Of a DNA stretch of 64,000 nucleotides, positions 30,740 through 59,526 are shown piece after piece. Both the position numbers and the translations under genes were made by a program. The notes below the pieces were generated by a model. The model did not search any database. It was not told the origin of the DNA and saw only the letters and a list, made by a program, of their open reading frames with translations. Origin of the DNA: Amoebidium appalachense (taxonomy: Eukaryota > Protista > Ichthyosporea); contig CAVNZM010000004.1 in assembly GCA_963693365.1 (NCBI GenBank), forward strand, positions 4,271,447-4,335,446, read 5' to 3'. The stretch's first letter is position 1. Each line of letters starts with the position of its first letter.

Positions 30740-31952
30740 CACAGACGCGAGCGGGCGCATACGTGCACACGTGACATAAACATGCATTCACGCGCACACA
30801 AGCACACCGTGTCACGTGTCACACGCACGTGCACACACACACACACACACACACAAAGTGCACTCGTGCACATGGACGCGCATGCAAAGGCACAGGCAAA
30901 GGCACATACACAGACACAGACACACACACGAGCGCGCACACACACGCACATGCAAGCACACCCAACGCCACACCATGACACACCAGCACCAACCAGCACA
31001 ACCGCCATCACCACCAAGGCACCACGGCCTCCTCGACCATATTAGCCTTCAGGATGAACATATGTTAGGTAATTAGAAAGGTTTCTTCTTGTTGTTTCTT
31101 CTTTCATTCTTCCTTTCGAATCCAACTATAAAGAAGCATTGTCATATGAAATCATTAGCAGAGACGGAACAACAATACATACAGACTCATTGTCTTGCTT
31201 TGCAGAGGAATGCATTAATAGTGGGGTGTCCGCGTTAGGGTTTAAATTGTTAGCAGCAGCAGTTACTAGCTCGAGCACACTATCCATAAGGTTTTTGATG
31301 GGATAAAATACCTATATGGAAAAGGTAAGAAAGGCTCATGTATTACAAGCTGCTTATAGCACAAAGTTCATAAAGAGATTAAGGCTTCCCCATCCCTAAC
31401 TTTCGACAATGATCATCACGAGACCCTCACTGCCTGTAACACTGCCATTTGAATCCACACACATTATAAATTATAAATCTAACGGATCCCCGTTATCCAA
31501 TCACGTGCTATTGTTATGATGCAAGCTGTTATTGCTCCTACCGGATTGGATGTGTGCCTGTGCATCCTCTAGCGACAGTAGACTGGTCACGGGGGATCTG
31601 TGCGCGACGGTTTTAAAACTGTAAGGGCTGGTCCCCCGATTGGCCGAATGCTCGGTAGGAGTTAGCGGGTGGACCCACTCTTCCCTGAAATCTGAGATAT
31701 GATGAAGCAGTTAGAGAATTGGAAAGGGTGCAAGAGAGGCGGAAAATGTGTGTAAGTGCATGTCGTCTTGCGTATGGAGCAAGTTTGGTGCATGAGTACT
31801 ATATGGAGTTATCACGCATGTCAGCCAAAGTCAGTATGCAAGCTCTTGTGTCAACGTGAATCCAAAGTATCGGGTATAATCAAGATGGAGCATGTGCATG
31901 GATATTGTAAAACTCTTGTGTGAGGCCCGCTCTACATTCGTTCTTGGAACCT

Positions 31953-31988
<36 letters not shown>

Positions 31989-32123
31989 CGGAACTCCCCT
32001 TCACCTCTCCTTTCCGTAGTACTGCCCTTCTCAAACTCAGTTTAGACAGTCCCTACGAGCACTTCCATCCGCATACCCACATGCCCCCCCCCCCCCCCCC
32101 CCCCCCCTCCCCCCTCCCCACTT

Positions 32124-43693
<11,570 letters not shown>

Positions 43694-44053
43694 TCTTTAC
43701 TCTGAGGAAGGCAGGGGGGGGGGGGGGGGGGGGGGGGGGAGGAGAAGGAAAAATCACCCCGGTTAAAAGGTGGAGGTAGGGAGGGAACTGCAGCTGATTG
43801 CCGTGTTTGTTTCATATCCGTACTAAAAACTTAAAAAAAAAAATAGACGGGCAGGGGGAATCCGACGAACGGTTACATGGAACTAGATTGTAATATGCCA
43901 ATGGACCGAATTGTGGTACACGGTGCTGGTGTTGCAGGTTTATCGTGTGTGTTTGTGCAAGGCTATGCGCTTATTTTTGTGTGAGTGTGTGAGAGAGTGT
44001 GCGTGGGGAGGGGAGGGGGGGGGAGGGGTCTGTGTGGGGTGTGTCTGTGTGTA

Positions 44054-44127
<74 letters not shown>

Positions 44128-44301
44128 TGTGTGTATGTGTGTGTGTGTGCGTGTGCGCGTGGACGTGGCCGTGTGTGTGTATATGTATGTGTGTGTGTGT
44201 GTGTGTATGTGCGTGTGTGTGTGTGCACGTGTGTGCATGTGCGTGTGCATGCATGTCATGCACTACACGTGCATGTGTGTGTGTTGTGTGCCCGCGCGCC
44301 T

Positions 44302-44344
<43 letters not shown>

Positions 44345-44901
44345 TGCGTGCGTGCGTGCGTACGTACGTGTGTGTGTGTGTGTGTGTGTGCGTGCGTGCG
44401 TGCGTGTGTGTGTGTGTGTGTAGTTGTGTATGTGTGCATGTGTGGTGCTAGTGCACGTGTGCTTGCAGGTTTGCAGCCGTTTGTGTGTGTGTGTGAATGC
44501 GTACATGCCGGTGCGGGTACCTCAGGGGTGTGGGTGAAAAAGAGAATGTATTCGTGTACCAGGTATATGTACCTGCGAATGTTATTCTTTACACTTTTGA
44601 GCAAAGTGCTTGCAGTAATATATTTCTATGACAAGGTGTTGGTGTGGTGCATCGACCCAAAAAACTGTTGACTAAATGGTAAGCAGGGCAAGCCTTGGCA
44701 ATGCTAACCAGTGCAATCAAGCACGCCCAAAGGGTAAGCAGCCAAAACATTTCATGTTAGTGTGCACCAGCTTTAAAAGCTCGACACTACGTTTGGGTTA
44801 ACAAGAGAACATCTCTGACACGAAGCATCATCCATGTAGAACCAGCAAATAGCTATTGTGAAGGTCTCTCCTCTCCCTCCTTAAACTTTTCCACGGCATG
44901 C

Positions 44902-44998
44902 ATATAGCTCAGACCATGTATAGCACACAGGTGACACACTCAAATCACCTATAGAGCCAGAGCATGTATACCACACAGGTAGCACACTCAAACCACTT
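44902..44998. repeat. ~48-bp degenerate tandem duplication
   Basis: CATGTATA(G/C)CACACAGGT..CACACTCAAA occurs twice, next to a minus-strand GTAAGT donor. Confidence 0.8.
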
Positions 44999-45789
44999 AC
45001 TTGGAAGCCTCTGCCTGGCTGATCAGACTTTTCGATGCCCACTTTTAAATCCCCACTCAGTCACAATTTAGCAACTGCTAGATATAAGAGAGTTTTCGCT
45101 ACCCAGATCTTTTCTTTTAACTGTTTGAACTGTTGAGAGACGAATTGGATCTTAACGATTTTTGAGCTGGTGTGACGAATGAATGAAGGTTCTAAGTTGG
45201 ATAAGCACAGCGTTTCGCTAAAATCAGCGTCGAGGAAAAGATTTAAACAACGTAATAACTTCTTTACCATGTCATGTAAAAAAAAATCCTTTTCCAGAAA
45301 TCACAGCTTGGCATACGCCTTGTGCGTTTCATTCAACACACAGAAAACCGGCAAGAAACACAACTTAGGGCTTCAACAGAGGGCAGCGACATAACTTTGG
45401 ATCTATATAATTTGCATTCTATTTGTGGCTTTAATTGGCATATGGCGCACCATCTAGGTGCTTTGAGCTTGTGAAAATTTGGTATTTCCGAAAAGCGAAA
45501 ATTTACATTTGCGCTCATCCTAAGGCTGTCACTTGCCTCGAGATTAGCACCTCAGGCAATCAGGAAGCACAGAACTCGTTTTGAGCAATTTTAGAGTTGG
45601 CCTCACTTACACAAGCATATATGTATATTTCCCGCACCGCCTTTATCTAGGTGTTTGGTGTGTATAAAGTTTGGGTTTCAATTGCGCTTTGCAGGTCCAA
45701 CAGTGCTTTCCATGTTCCGATTTCTAACTCGCACTCTCTAGTGATCGATTCTGTTCACCGTTCTCGTCGAAGAACGAGATCTTACAAAC

Positions 45790-48539
<2,750 letters not shown>

Positions 48540-48733
48540 TCTTTTCAACAAAACCAGTGTTGGATGGACTATTTAGGTGAACCCGTGCAAGGGGTGTTTC
48601 TGTAGGACTTTGGGTTTGTCTTGACTTGTGTCGTTATGCTGCATCGGTGCGAAGGTGCTCTTGGGCTCTCCCTTTCCCTCCCTCCCCCCTGCCCCCTTTC
48701 TCCACACTTTCCGCGCTCGCGCACGCATGCGTG

Positions 48734-48766
<33 letters not shown>

Positions 48767-49254
48767 TACACAAACACACACACACACACACACGAAGCAG
48801 ACATCCACACGAACGCACACACACGCACACGCGCGTGTGTGCGCGCGCACACACACACACACACAAACACACAAACACCTTTTGCTTTGATGAAAGCCTG
48901 TTTGTAGGTTATAGTGATGAACCTTTGATAGGCCATCTAATAAATTGACGGTTTTAGTTTTCCCGAAGGTGGTAAAAGGAATTTAAATTCTAAAAATGTG
49001 TGCTCAGGCGTAGTTTTTCCGTTTTGATTCAGTTGGTTTATTTCTGCTTTATCACTCAATAACTGTTGCATATAGATGGTAAACAGACTGAGGAAGGATC
49101 CGTTAAACCTGTACCGAAAAACATATCCTCTGATATGCAAGTGTGTAGGAGAACGCGTCCACCTCCTGCTCGGCCCCCAAAATCCGTGCCGGATGCAAAC
49201 ACTTGCACACGCACCATTTCGACATTGCCTGACTAATACGGCCTCTTTCAACGA

Positions 49255-49325
<71 letters not shown>

Positions 49326-50465
49326 ACACACATACACACATACACCACCCCCGCCCGCCCGCCCTGCTCAGGCTTACTGCAGCTGCCCGAAACAAAAGTG
49401 CTTGCACGCAGCATGTTACCCCCGGAAAGGCTTCTGCCCTCCAGTTTGTTAGTTTTAAATTGTGTGGCTTCGAAACTCTCAGTTTTGTACTATAGATCAA
49501 GATATCCCCTCTTTTTCCCAAGGATGTGTTGCATGCATGCGCATTGCACAAGCGCTAGCTTTGAACAAAAAGAAGGCGTGTGCCTGTGAGACTCTTGTAG
49601 GGCTGTTGGATTCTGATTCGTTCGTAATCCAGTGGCTCTTGCGTTCGTAGGCAAACGGTAATGCATATCATAAAGTTAAATCGGTCTAAAGCATGTTCAT
49701 GGTCGTCAAGAGCTGAACTAAAATTTAATCTGTTTTTTAGAATTAACTGCCGTATAGGCCTAAGGAAAAGCTCAGCAATCATGCGTGTGCTGGGAACATT
49801 CTGTGCTAAACCTACCAGCCAAAGAGCTGGCAGCTACTGATAGGTGTCCAATCAAACAAAACAATTAAATCTACTCCCTCTTCCTTCCAGACCTGCCCTT
49901 GTTGTACTTTTGTAGGGCGTCAAAAGCCGCAGACACCGTGAAGCGCTGCAAACACAGTATAGCCCGTAGCTATTTTGGAACAAAGGCACAAAAGGAAAAA
50001 TATATTGGATGTGGTACGAAGAGTAGTTTCTAGCTCATTTATTCGGTGCGAAAGTTGGTTATTGGTGAAACCTGGCTTGATCGTGGGGGTGATCATCTGC
50101 TCAGTACACACCAAGTTTTTTGTTTGTTTTTTGCCCGTTTGCCAGACAGTGACAATTTAAAACTCAGTACCAAGAGGAAGCAAGCTTGATGACTTTGAAA
50201 CTCTTTTTGCTTTCTTCACTGAATTTCTTTACATTCTTTACAGGAAACCATTTTTATTTATTCCTTCAGACTGTGCAACACATTCACCTAGTTGAAGCTT
50301 CTACTTTCAGTTACTTTCTTTCCCAAGTGCAATCCTGGGAGTAACATAAGCAGCTTTTCCCGTTTCAACCCTTACATCTCCCTGGTATTTACAGGCGCTT
50401 CAGGACGGCTAAATTGCCTCGCACTTTTGTTTTTTCTTTTTTTCTTGTTCTCTAAAAAACGGCAG

Positions 50466-50954
50466 GCTGGCGCGACTCGCCTCTTCCAGGAGTTGGCGTG
50501 ACATCTTGACTTCGGTCAAGGATGTAGTCAAAGACGAAAGCCAAGCGCGGGGGAAACCCGGACTCCTTATTGACCCCAAAACTAAAGCGAAAAAATCAAC
50601 TTTTTTAGCGCGAAAGCCCACAAAGGTTGCAAACGTCGCCACTGGTGGAAAGTTTGCATTTGCCGCTCCCAGTGGTTATAAGGTGGGGTTGATGTGGTGG
50701 TTGTGGCTGTTTTGTGGGATTTTTTTTAAGTCTCTTTTTACCGCAAGTTATGCGGTTAAAAGGTTAAAAAATTACGTTTTATAGCATTTATCGCAGGCAA
50801 CAAAATTTCCTGTTTCATTTCCACTGATTCATCCCTTCCTATATATCTTTTACTCATCGTCCATTGAACTGACGCAGCTGTGTGCTTGCTTGGTTATGTG
50901 TGTGCTGTGTCGGTGTTCAGGTATGGAGCTGTGCTTTTTTTGTGCGTGCGTGCC

Positions 50955-50990
<36 letters not shown>

Positions 50991-51295
50991 CGCGCTGCGC
51001 GGATGTGTGTGTGCACGCCCGTGTGGGTGTGGGTGTGTCTGTGTGTGTGTGTGTGTGTTCGTGCGTGGACCTTTTTTGTGCAGTACATTGTTTGGGCCCC
51101 TAGCTTGCTGACATATTTCGCCTCTCTGTGTGTGTTCGGGCATGTGTGCGACCCCGAGCCGATGCACGCACGGATAATTAACTGTATGGAGCTGTGGACG
51201 TGGTGTTCATTTTTAGCTTGTTTTTGTGTGTGTGTCTGTGTTTTTTTGTTTTGTTTTTGTTTTTTTATGTTTTTTTTTTGTTTGTTTGTTTTGGT

Positions 51296-51337
<42 letters not shown>

Positions 51338-51571
51338 GGGGCATGGGCATGGGCATGTGTTCTGGGGTATCGTGTTTTGTGTGGTAGCTGTGACTGTGTG
51401 TAGGCACGGGTGTGTCAGTGCAAGAGGGTGTGAGCACTTTCACGGACCATTTTTTATTCAGTGTGCCTGTGTGTGTGTGTGTACGTGTGTGTGCGTGCGT
51501 GCGTGTGTGCGTGCGTGCGTGCGTGCGGTATGAGTGTGTGCGTGCGTGCACGTATGAGTGTGTGTCTGTGC

Positions 51572-51613
<42 letters not shown>

Positions 51614-52328
51614 TGCTTTTTTTAGGCGCATATGCCTGTATCAGGGCTCACGTGCATATTCCTATGTGTGTCCCCCGATTCCTTTTCAAGGTTGTGGATG
51701 GGTTTGTACTCCTTCAAAGAGAAAAAAGAAATACCTTAGTAAATACCTTCCCCAAAGTATTTCAACACACAAACACGTAGCATGCACACATTTGCAAGCA
51801 GGACATCAGGACATAAACACTCTTACTCGAATGTGCATTATGACGTCCATGATTCATTATTACACTGTCGCGGACCTATCATACCCCCACTCAATTATCG
51901 AACTTCTCCCTCCCCCCCCCCCCCCTGTTAGCCAGGGAAGTATCGACTTAGGTAGCGACAGGGGAGCTTCCTAGAAGCCCCGTCTCCTGAGTTCCTATCT
52001 ATATTTTTCTTGCTTCTGCTTACTGCTGCAACTTTAACCCCCAGCCTTTCCCACTGCCCTTGCCTGCATAAGCAACCCTGCTCGTCTCTGATCAAGACGG
52101 GTGACCTACCCATGTTCACGTGAAACAGTATCTGAGTTGGGTTTCGTTAACGAGGTGAATAGGTCGAAACTCGGGTACTGTGGATGACGTGCCCCCCCCC
52201 CTGAGGATGGGCTCTGCTTATTATGCATACTCTTTATGTATGGCTTGCATTCTGCATCGTGTTATCCGTTTGTTCTTGTGTACTTCGTACTTTTTGGACG
52301 CATTCAAACCGCCCCCCCCCCCCCCCCC

Positions 52329-52359
<31 letters not shown>

Positions 52360-53765
52360 CTCCTTTCCCCAATGCAGTATGGCGAAGATGAAGTTGACGA
52401 TGCCACGCATCTCGGGTCGTTGCCCGACACGCAGCCGTTGGTGGTGCACGGGTACGTGAGTGTGCTTGGCCTAGACCATAGGAGGAGCAACACGGGCAAC
52501 GAGGATGCAGTGCAGGTGGTCACCGGCCTGATGAGCACAACGATGGACATGTCCATGGACTCGGATGAGGTGATTAAGGAATCCATCTGCCGGTTTGATG
52601 TCTCATGATTCTCCCCCCGCCCCCCTGCCTCCCCCTTTCCCCCCTCCTCCCGCCCCTAATGTTTGTGGTTTGTGCGCCTATTAGTGATGTTGTATTAAAC
52701 AATGGATGTTCTGGATGAGGTTATGGCTCTCTAGGTCTAATATCTCGTGTTTTTTTTTCTTGGGTTTGTACATACGCATATTGCTGTAGAAAATACGGGT
52801 GGGTTAGGAACAACAACCGAGATACGAAAATTGAAGCCCATTCCCTGTTGGAGGCATGGAGACTTCTGTTGATTTCTGTTTGAAAGTCTCTTGTGCGCAC
52901 AATTTTCCGGTTTCTGGATTTTTTTTTGTCTGCTTCTGTGTCTCTCACCTTACATACAACAACCCGCTCCCCTCCCCCCTCCCCGCCCCCCCCCCCCAAA
53001 AAAAAAAAAAAGAAAAAAGAAAAGAAAGAAAAAAACACACCCACACACACACCACACGCACACACACACACGTGCACGCACGCACGCACACAAACTCACT
53101 CACTGGCAAACATTTCTCGCAGCTCGCTCACACCTTTTAGTGAGTCTTTCAAAGGCTTTGGCAGTGTTCTATCTCCTCTTCTTTGTGGTGCATGTTGGTT
53201 AAGGCGCCGTGGTCTTGGTAATTTGTTGTGCCTGTTTTCAAAAACGACAATCTGCGCCAAACCCCCCCCCCCCCCCCCCTTCCCCCCCTGCCCCCTGTAC
53301 CCCCTTCCTTTCCGCCATCTCTCCCTCCCCTTCTTCGCGAGCAACTTGTTTCTTTTTTCGCGTTTGTTCATGCATATCTGCCCTAATTTGTTTGCCGTGA
53401 ATCTCAATCCTGTGCCGTAGTAGAAGTCATTCTGGCCCATTGACATTTTCTAAACTGGTTGGTTTTTTTGCTTACGTTCTTGCTGCTAGCGGTGGGTGTA
53501 AACATATGTGCAAAGTACCCTTGTGGCATGTGTTGTGTAATCCTTTCTGCTTTTTGTGCTCGGGATGTGCTCTTTTAAGGTAGTTCTGCATGCTGCTCTC
53601 CATGCACGCGCACATGCGCATGCACTTGCTTATGTACGCACACACACACCTACACACACACACATACATGCACGCAGGCATACTTGCACGCACGCACAGA
53701 TGCACAACACCGTTGCATATACACAGAGGGACACATACACACATGTGTGTGTGTGCTCACACGCA

Positions 53766-53798
<33 letters not shown>

Positions 53799-54112
53799 GA
53801 ACACGAACACGATTACGAACATGAACATGAACATGAACACACACACGGTTTGCATGGGTGTTTGCACACAGGTTTGCTCGTTGAAGCATGCATAACTAAG
53901 CAAAGAAATTAGTTTGCAGATGCGTACATCACACATTCATTCATTGTCCAATTGGAAGAAGCTTGCACACCTGCACACGGACAGGGGCACTTTTCCTCTA
54001 GTGAAGTTTAATGTCTGTACATAAAAAGATGATTCGTTTCCTCCCTTCCTGGCTCCGTTACTCTCACCCTCCCTCTTTCCCTCCTCCTCCCTCCCCCTTC
54101 CCCTCCCCCCTC

Positions 54113-54155
<43 letters not shown>

Positions 54156-54934
54156 ACCCACCCACCCACCACCACCACCACCACCACCACCACCACCACC
54201 ACCACCACTCTCCTCCTTGCTCTTGTGAGAAGGAAGAGAGAAAGAAAGAAAGAAAGAAAGAAAAGAAGAAAACGGGCAACACATGGGTGGCACGCTTATC
54301 AGAAGCTATGCAAAGGGAAAATCGTTTATGTGCTGTGTATTTGTTTGTTTCAGGTCGCCTGGTAAAAATACCAAAAACACGTTCCCTTTAAAACTGACAG
54401 ACCCAAATTCCCGAAACCCCTCCCCCCCCCTCCGGATCCGCCCTCCCTCCCCCTCGTCCCCCCCCCCACACACACACACACACACATACCTCCCACCCCT
54501 CCCACCAAAAAAAAAAAAAACAGGACTGGCGCAGGAATCCGCGACGGCGCCAATGGAACTACTTTGCAGTCTTTGACGGGCACGGTGGTGGAGCGTGCTC
54601 CTCTCACACGAGCAAGACACTGCACACAAACATATCCTCTATGATTAGCATGCACTCAAATTCATCTCCGGAGAGGGAGATGGGAGTAGAAACTGTGACG
54701 GGGTGCGTTGAGAGGGCGTTCTTTGACACGGAGCAGAGTTTCTGTCGGTGGGCGAGGGAGAATGGGGACTATAGCGGGTCGTGTGCGTTGGCGGTGCTGA
54801 CGGCAGAAACGGATATGGTGAGTGGGTGGGTGTTGTGCTTTGTGTTCTCCTAGTATGCGACTGGTCTCTCTTAGAGCCCCCCTCCCCCCCCCCCCCCCCC
54901 CCCCCCCCCCCTCTCTCTCTCCCCCCTCCTTGTT

Positions 54935-54982
<48 letters not shown>

Positions 54983-55042
54983 CTGTCATTCTCTCTCCGT
55001 CCCTCCTTCCGTCCCCCCCCCCCCCCCCCCCCCCCTTTTTTT

Positions 55043-55082
<40 letters not shown>

Positions 55083-55140
55083 CGGCTTGGGATATAGACC
55101 ATTACCCTAAGTCTAGCATGTGATCGATTATTTATATTAT

Positions 55141-55182
<42 letters not shown>

Positions 55183-55917
55183 GATGCTGGTTTTTATGAC
55201 CTGCCGGATGCTGACGTGATCCCCCTTTCGGCTGCTCCCCCCCCCTACCGCGGGGAATGCCTGGCCCCCCTTTTCCTGTTGTCCTGTCCTGGCCCGCTTT
55301 CTGAAGCAAGACTACTCCCAAGAAACAAAACATGCACCCACACACACATCCGCACAGCCACCCACTCTTTTTTTTTTTTTTTTTTTTTTTTTTGTTTACT
55401 TTTTTAATTTCTCGGTTTCCTTTTTTTCAATCATTTTTTCGTTTTCTGTTTTTCCTTTTTTAATATTTTTCATTTTTCCCCACCAGTTTGTTGCCAACTG
55501 CGGAGACTGTGCCGGGATTCTTCTCGTCTACGAGGCAGACGGAAGTGTTAAGCCCAGCCATGCCTTTCCCATCAACACACGACACACGGCAAGAAACAAG
55601 GCAGAACGTGCACGTGTTGCTAAGGCCGGGGGTTACTTCAGAGACGACAGAGTGAATGGCGTGCTGGAACCTACCAGAAGGTAGTGTCCTACCAGCATGG
55701 TGTGGTGGTGTGGTGTCGATTAGGGGGGGGGAGGGGGGCGATGGTTTTTTCTCCAACGGTGTTGTTGTTGTGTGTGTTGGCGATATTGGGCGTGGTGTGA
55801 TGCGGTTGCTTGGTTATTTGTTTGGTGAGTGGACGTGTTTGGGGTCTGGTTGCAGATAGGAACGAGTGGGCGTTGAGGCCTAAAACCTTTTTTTTCCCCC
55901 ATTTTGTGTGTGTGTGT

Positions 55918-55955
<38 letters not shown>

Positions 55956-56002
55956 GGGGGGGGGGGGGGGGGGGTAGGCTGGTGTTTGTGTGTGTGTGGA
56001 GG

Positions 56003-56034
<32 letters not shown>

Positions 56035-56091
56035 TCTGGGTGGTGGTGGTGGTGGTGGTGGTGGTGTGTGTGCGTGTATGTCGCTTTTTTT

Positions 56092-56135
<44 letters not shown>

Positions 56136-56367
56136 TGCATGTGTACAAACAGCCGGTTTTCTCGGTTTGGAGGAGATTTGTTTGTTTGGGGTAGGGGGAG
56201 GGGGGTGTAATAACATCTATTTTTGTTGTCCGTGCTTGAAGGTGTCTGTTTGCTCGCCGATCAGTCCATGTGTCGAGGTGTGCTCTCTGAATGTGTATGG
56301 TTGGGGGGACTTCGGCCGAAAGTATACTTGACTTTTTTTTTTTTTTTTTTTTTTTTCCTTTGGTTGT

Positions 56368-56409
<42 letters not shown>

Positions 56410-56511
56410 CTTCTTTAGCGCGTGAATTCGAACGTGTGAGTGCCATGGTCGGTCCGTCCCTGTATGCTTCTGCCTTTTCATGTTGTTTTTCATGTGCACA
56501 CATGGGTGGAT

Positions 56512-56542
<31 letters not shown>

Positions 56543-56884
56543 CCTGCACCTACATGTCCCTAACCCCCTCCTTTGTTTTACCTCCCAACCCGCAGCTTTG
56601 GCGACATCGACATGAAAGGCAAGACGGCGACCGGCGTAATTGCAACCCCTGAGATCAAACACTTTCCATTGGATCCGGCCAAGCCCTGGGTTATGATTCT
56701 TGGCACCGACGGATTGTGGGATTACGTGTCCATTCCTGAGCTGATTGCGTCGGTGCCTGGACCAATGAAAACGCGCGAAAAGGCCGATGAGATTGGAAAT
56801 TTTCTTATGAGGAAGGCGCTGGCCGGCGGGAGCGGAGACGATATTACGGTTCTGGTGGTTTCTGGAATGCATGTCGACGAGTGA
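50466..56884 (+). CDS. PP2C/PPM-family Ser/Thr phosphatase; start codon not resolved
   Basis: Exons 50466-50682, 52378-52569, 54524-54817, 55487-55680, 56596-56884. Motifs RRSNTGNEDA, FAVFDGHGG, SGSCA, VANCGD, RVNGVLEPTRSFGD, GTDGLWD, GSGDDITVLVV. A possible upstream exon ends at 50045. Confidence 0.9.
52196..52312. repeat. Dispersed intronic repeat, copy E (reverse orientation)
   Basis: (C)n-CTGAGGATGGGCTCTGCTTA...GTACTTCGTAC...CGCATTCAAACC-(C)n is the reverse complement of the 40513-40620 type. Confidence 0.85.
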
Positions 56885-57880
56885 AATTTTTTATTATTTC
56901 TACTATTTTAAAGATGGTGGCTTGTGTTTATTAATTCTGAAAAGTTTATGTCGGTTGTGTGGGTTTTTTAGAGTTGTTATTGCTTTATATAGTTTTTTGC
57001 TTCGCTCTGCTTTTCACACCACACACAGTCGAGCATGTTTGTGCGGGCCTAGGATATATCATAATGTGATGCACATGCACACGTACGCAAAACATGGTTG
57101 TATGATGGAGTTAAAAAGAGTGCTTAGTATAAAGGACTTTCGCCAGCTAATGTGGCGCACGGCGCACGATACTTAAAACAAAAAATGTGTCTAATTCACA
57201 TGAAGCCCTATTTTTATATAGTAGTTACGTGGTATCGAGTTTTTTTTCTAGTTGTTGCGCCACATACACATTGGCGGCACAGACACACGCAACCGTTTGT
57301 GATCTTTTTTCTACCTCGCACTTTTGTTTCTTGACCCGGATGTTATCACAGATTTTCCGGTAGTTTTCTAGGGTACGTACATATAACTGTGCGCGCTCTA
57401 ATATTATAGTCCAAACAACGTGGTTTGGCTTCTATTGACTTGTCGGTCAGATTTTGTTCTTTTCCTCAGCCTAAGTACTTCACACACTAGAGCTCATTCT
57501 GCCCGCACGTAGGAACCACATGATCTCCCATGGGTAAAACATCTCGACGATTTGTAACAGTGACACATAAACCGCGGGGATTGTATATATAAGGGCAGTG
57601 GGTGCCTAGAGCTTTACCGACAAATAAATAAAACCGTATAATGCAATACAGTGCACTGCCTTACTTTTTTTTCTTTTTTTTCTTTTTTTCTTTCTTTTTT
57701 TTAGTAACAGTGAGAGCACGTGTTGGTTGCTGCACTTCCGAGTGTGATGCCTGGGGCTAGCCTATTGGATCGGTGGTGTGCTAAAAACATCTTTACAGAT
57801 TCTATTTCCAGTGCAAATGCTGCAGTGATATCGGGTACTACAGGGGTCACTCACTCAGTCAAGATAACAGAATGATTAAA

Positions 57881-57954
57881 GTTTAGGGTCTAGAATCTTA
57901 AGGTTTCTCGGCCGTAACCCTAAACCCTCATCCTACGGATTCTAGACCCTAAAC
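57881..57954. repeat. 17-bp perfect inverted repeat with telomere-like units
   Basis: GTTTAGGGTCTAGAATC ... GATTCTAGACCCTAAAC; the spacer contains TAACCCTAAACCCT. Confidence 0.8.
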
Positions 57955-58161
57955 AAATACGCTGCAAACTCTGCCTGCCCGTCAACTGATGCAAAACAAC
58001 ACTCATAGAAGAACCAGGAAATCCTGCAACAGCACGGTGCAAGCTTTGGGGTATGAGCACCTATGCACGGGGCTCAGTCTTGTTCCCGCTTCAAGGGGTG
58101 GGGGGGGGGGGGGGGGGGGGGGTGTTCAAGTGGTGGTAATGGTGGTGGTGGTGGGGTGGGT

Positions 58162-58198
<37 letters not shown>

Positions 58199-58394
58199 AG
58201 GAAAGAGATTAAAAAAAAAATGAAAAGAACTAAATCACGTGTTTTCGCCTGCACCACAGGAACGCGTAAGCAAAAAGGGTGTGCGTCCGTGTGCGTGTGC
58301 GTGTACGTGTGAGTGTGCGCGTGTGCGTGTGTCGCTGCTGTTTGTGTGTGTGTGTGTGTACGTGTGTGTGTGTGCCACGGTGTGTGTGTGTGGC

Positions 58395-58425
<31 letters not shown>

Positions 58426-58454
58426 GGTGTGGATGTGGGTGGGTGTTCACATGT

Positions 58455-58795
58455 GTGTGTGAGCTTCTCTGCAAAAAGCAGAGTCATTACAAAAGCAGAA
58501 TCACCCTGCTATTAAACGGCAGATTTGCTCTGCTATAAGCATTATTCTGCAAAAACACGTTTATTCATAAATATTATGCTCGGAGCAGAATTATTCCGCT
58601 TGGAGCAAGGCTATTTTCTGCTTCCGCAAGCAGAGAATTCCAATAAATCTTCTGCTCGGAGCAAATTGGATTTTGCTCATATACCGTTGGGGCCTTACGT
58701 ATACGCTGGAGTGGGTCACATGAATTTTGTAGGCCGGTGCACGTGAGCCGTGCAACACACTCAGTTAGTAATATATTTTGTTACTTTCTGTACGA
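58455..58795. repeat. Segment duplicated at ~63660-63993; includes a probable DNA-transposon end
   Basis: Shared TTGGAGCAAGGCTATT...TTCTGCTCGGAGCAAATTGGATTTTGCTCATATAC...CCTTACGTATACGCTGGAGTGGGTCACATGAATTTTG; repeated TGCTCGGAGCA near-palindromes end in GGGCC-TTA (Harbinger-like, inferred). Confidence 0.8.
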
Positions 58796-58855
58796 GACGG
58801 TTTATCACGGTGGTTGTTGCTGTTTATTTTTGTGTTGTGATTTGGCGTATTGTGG

Positions 58856-58939
<84 letters not shown>

Positions 58940-59526
58940 TTGTGGTAGTGGTGGGGGGGGGGGGGGGGGGGGGGGGAGGGGAGGGGGGGGGAGGGGGGGG
59001 GGGGGGGGGGGGGGGGGGGACGGGCTCAGGGCAAGGCGGAGCACACTCTGCACCAAGTGACACACACAGCATGCCACACTGTCCGGATTTATTCACAGGC
59101 ACAGCACTCAGGCATACGTCACATTTGATTCAGAAGGAAATCTTATGCCTTTAAGCATGTTTCTCTCGCATTTGAACAAAAAAGCTTTGAATGCACGAAG
59201 TGAGTGTATTTGAACCAATAATTTGTGCGCTATCACACCAATTAGCCAAATACAGAAATTTTGGCTTGACGTTTTTACGCAAAAAAGAAATGTTCAATAA
59301 AACAAACAAAAAAGTAGGAAATGGGGTTTGAAATTGGGGTGCACGTGGGGTGTGTGTGTTATCCCACATGTATATCACGGTACTAGGGTAACGTGGTGGT
59401 AGAGGCTGACTTTATACTTTTCCGATAGAGTCTGCATTTACATCATGATGGCAGCGCGATGGTCAGGGGGGCACGCCAGGAAGTTTGCCGAGAGCTTGTC
59501 CACATCACTGAGTCACCCCCATAATC

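Noticed and set aside
49781-49843. First coding exon of PP2C
   Set aside because: The ATG frame hits TGA before the donor and cannot be joined in frame; the start is left unresolved.
52160-52312. Hammerhead ribozyme or C/D snoRNA in the dispersed repeat (CTGANGA / TGATGA motif)
   Set aside because: No GAAA with a pairing stem II inside the copies and no terminal CTGA D box; the upstream CGAAAC does not pair appropriately.
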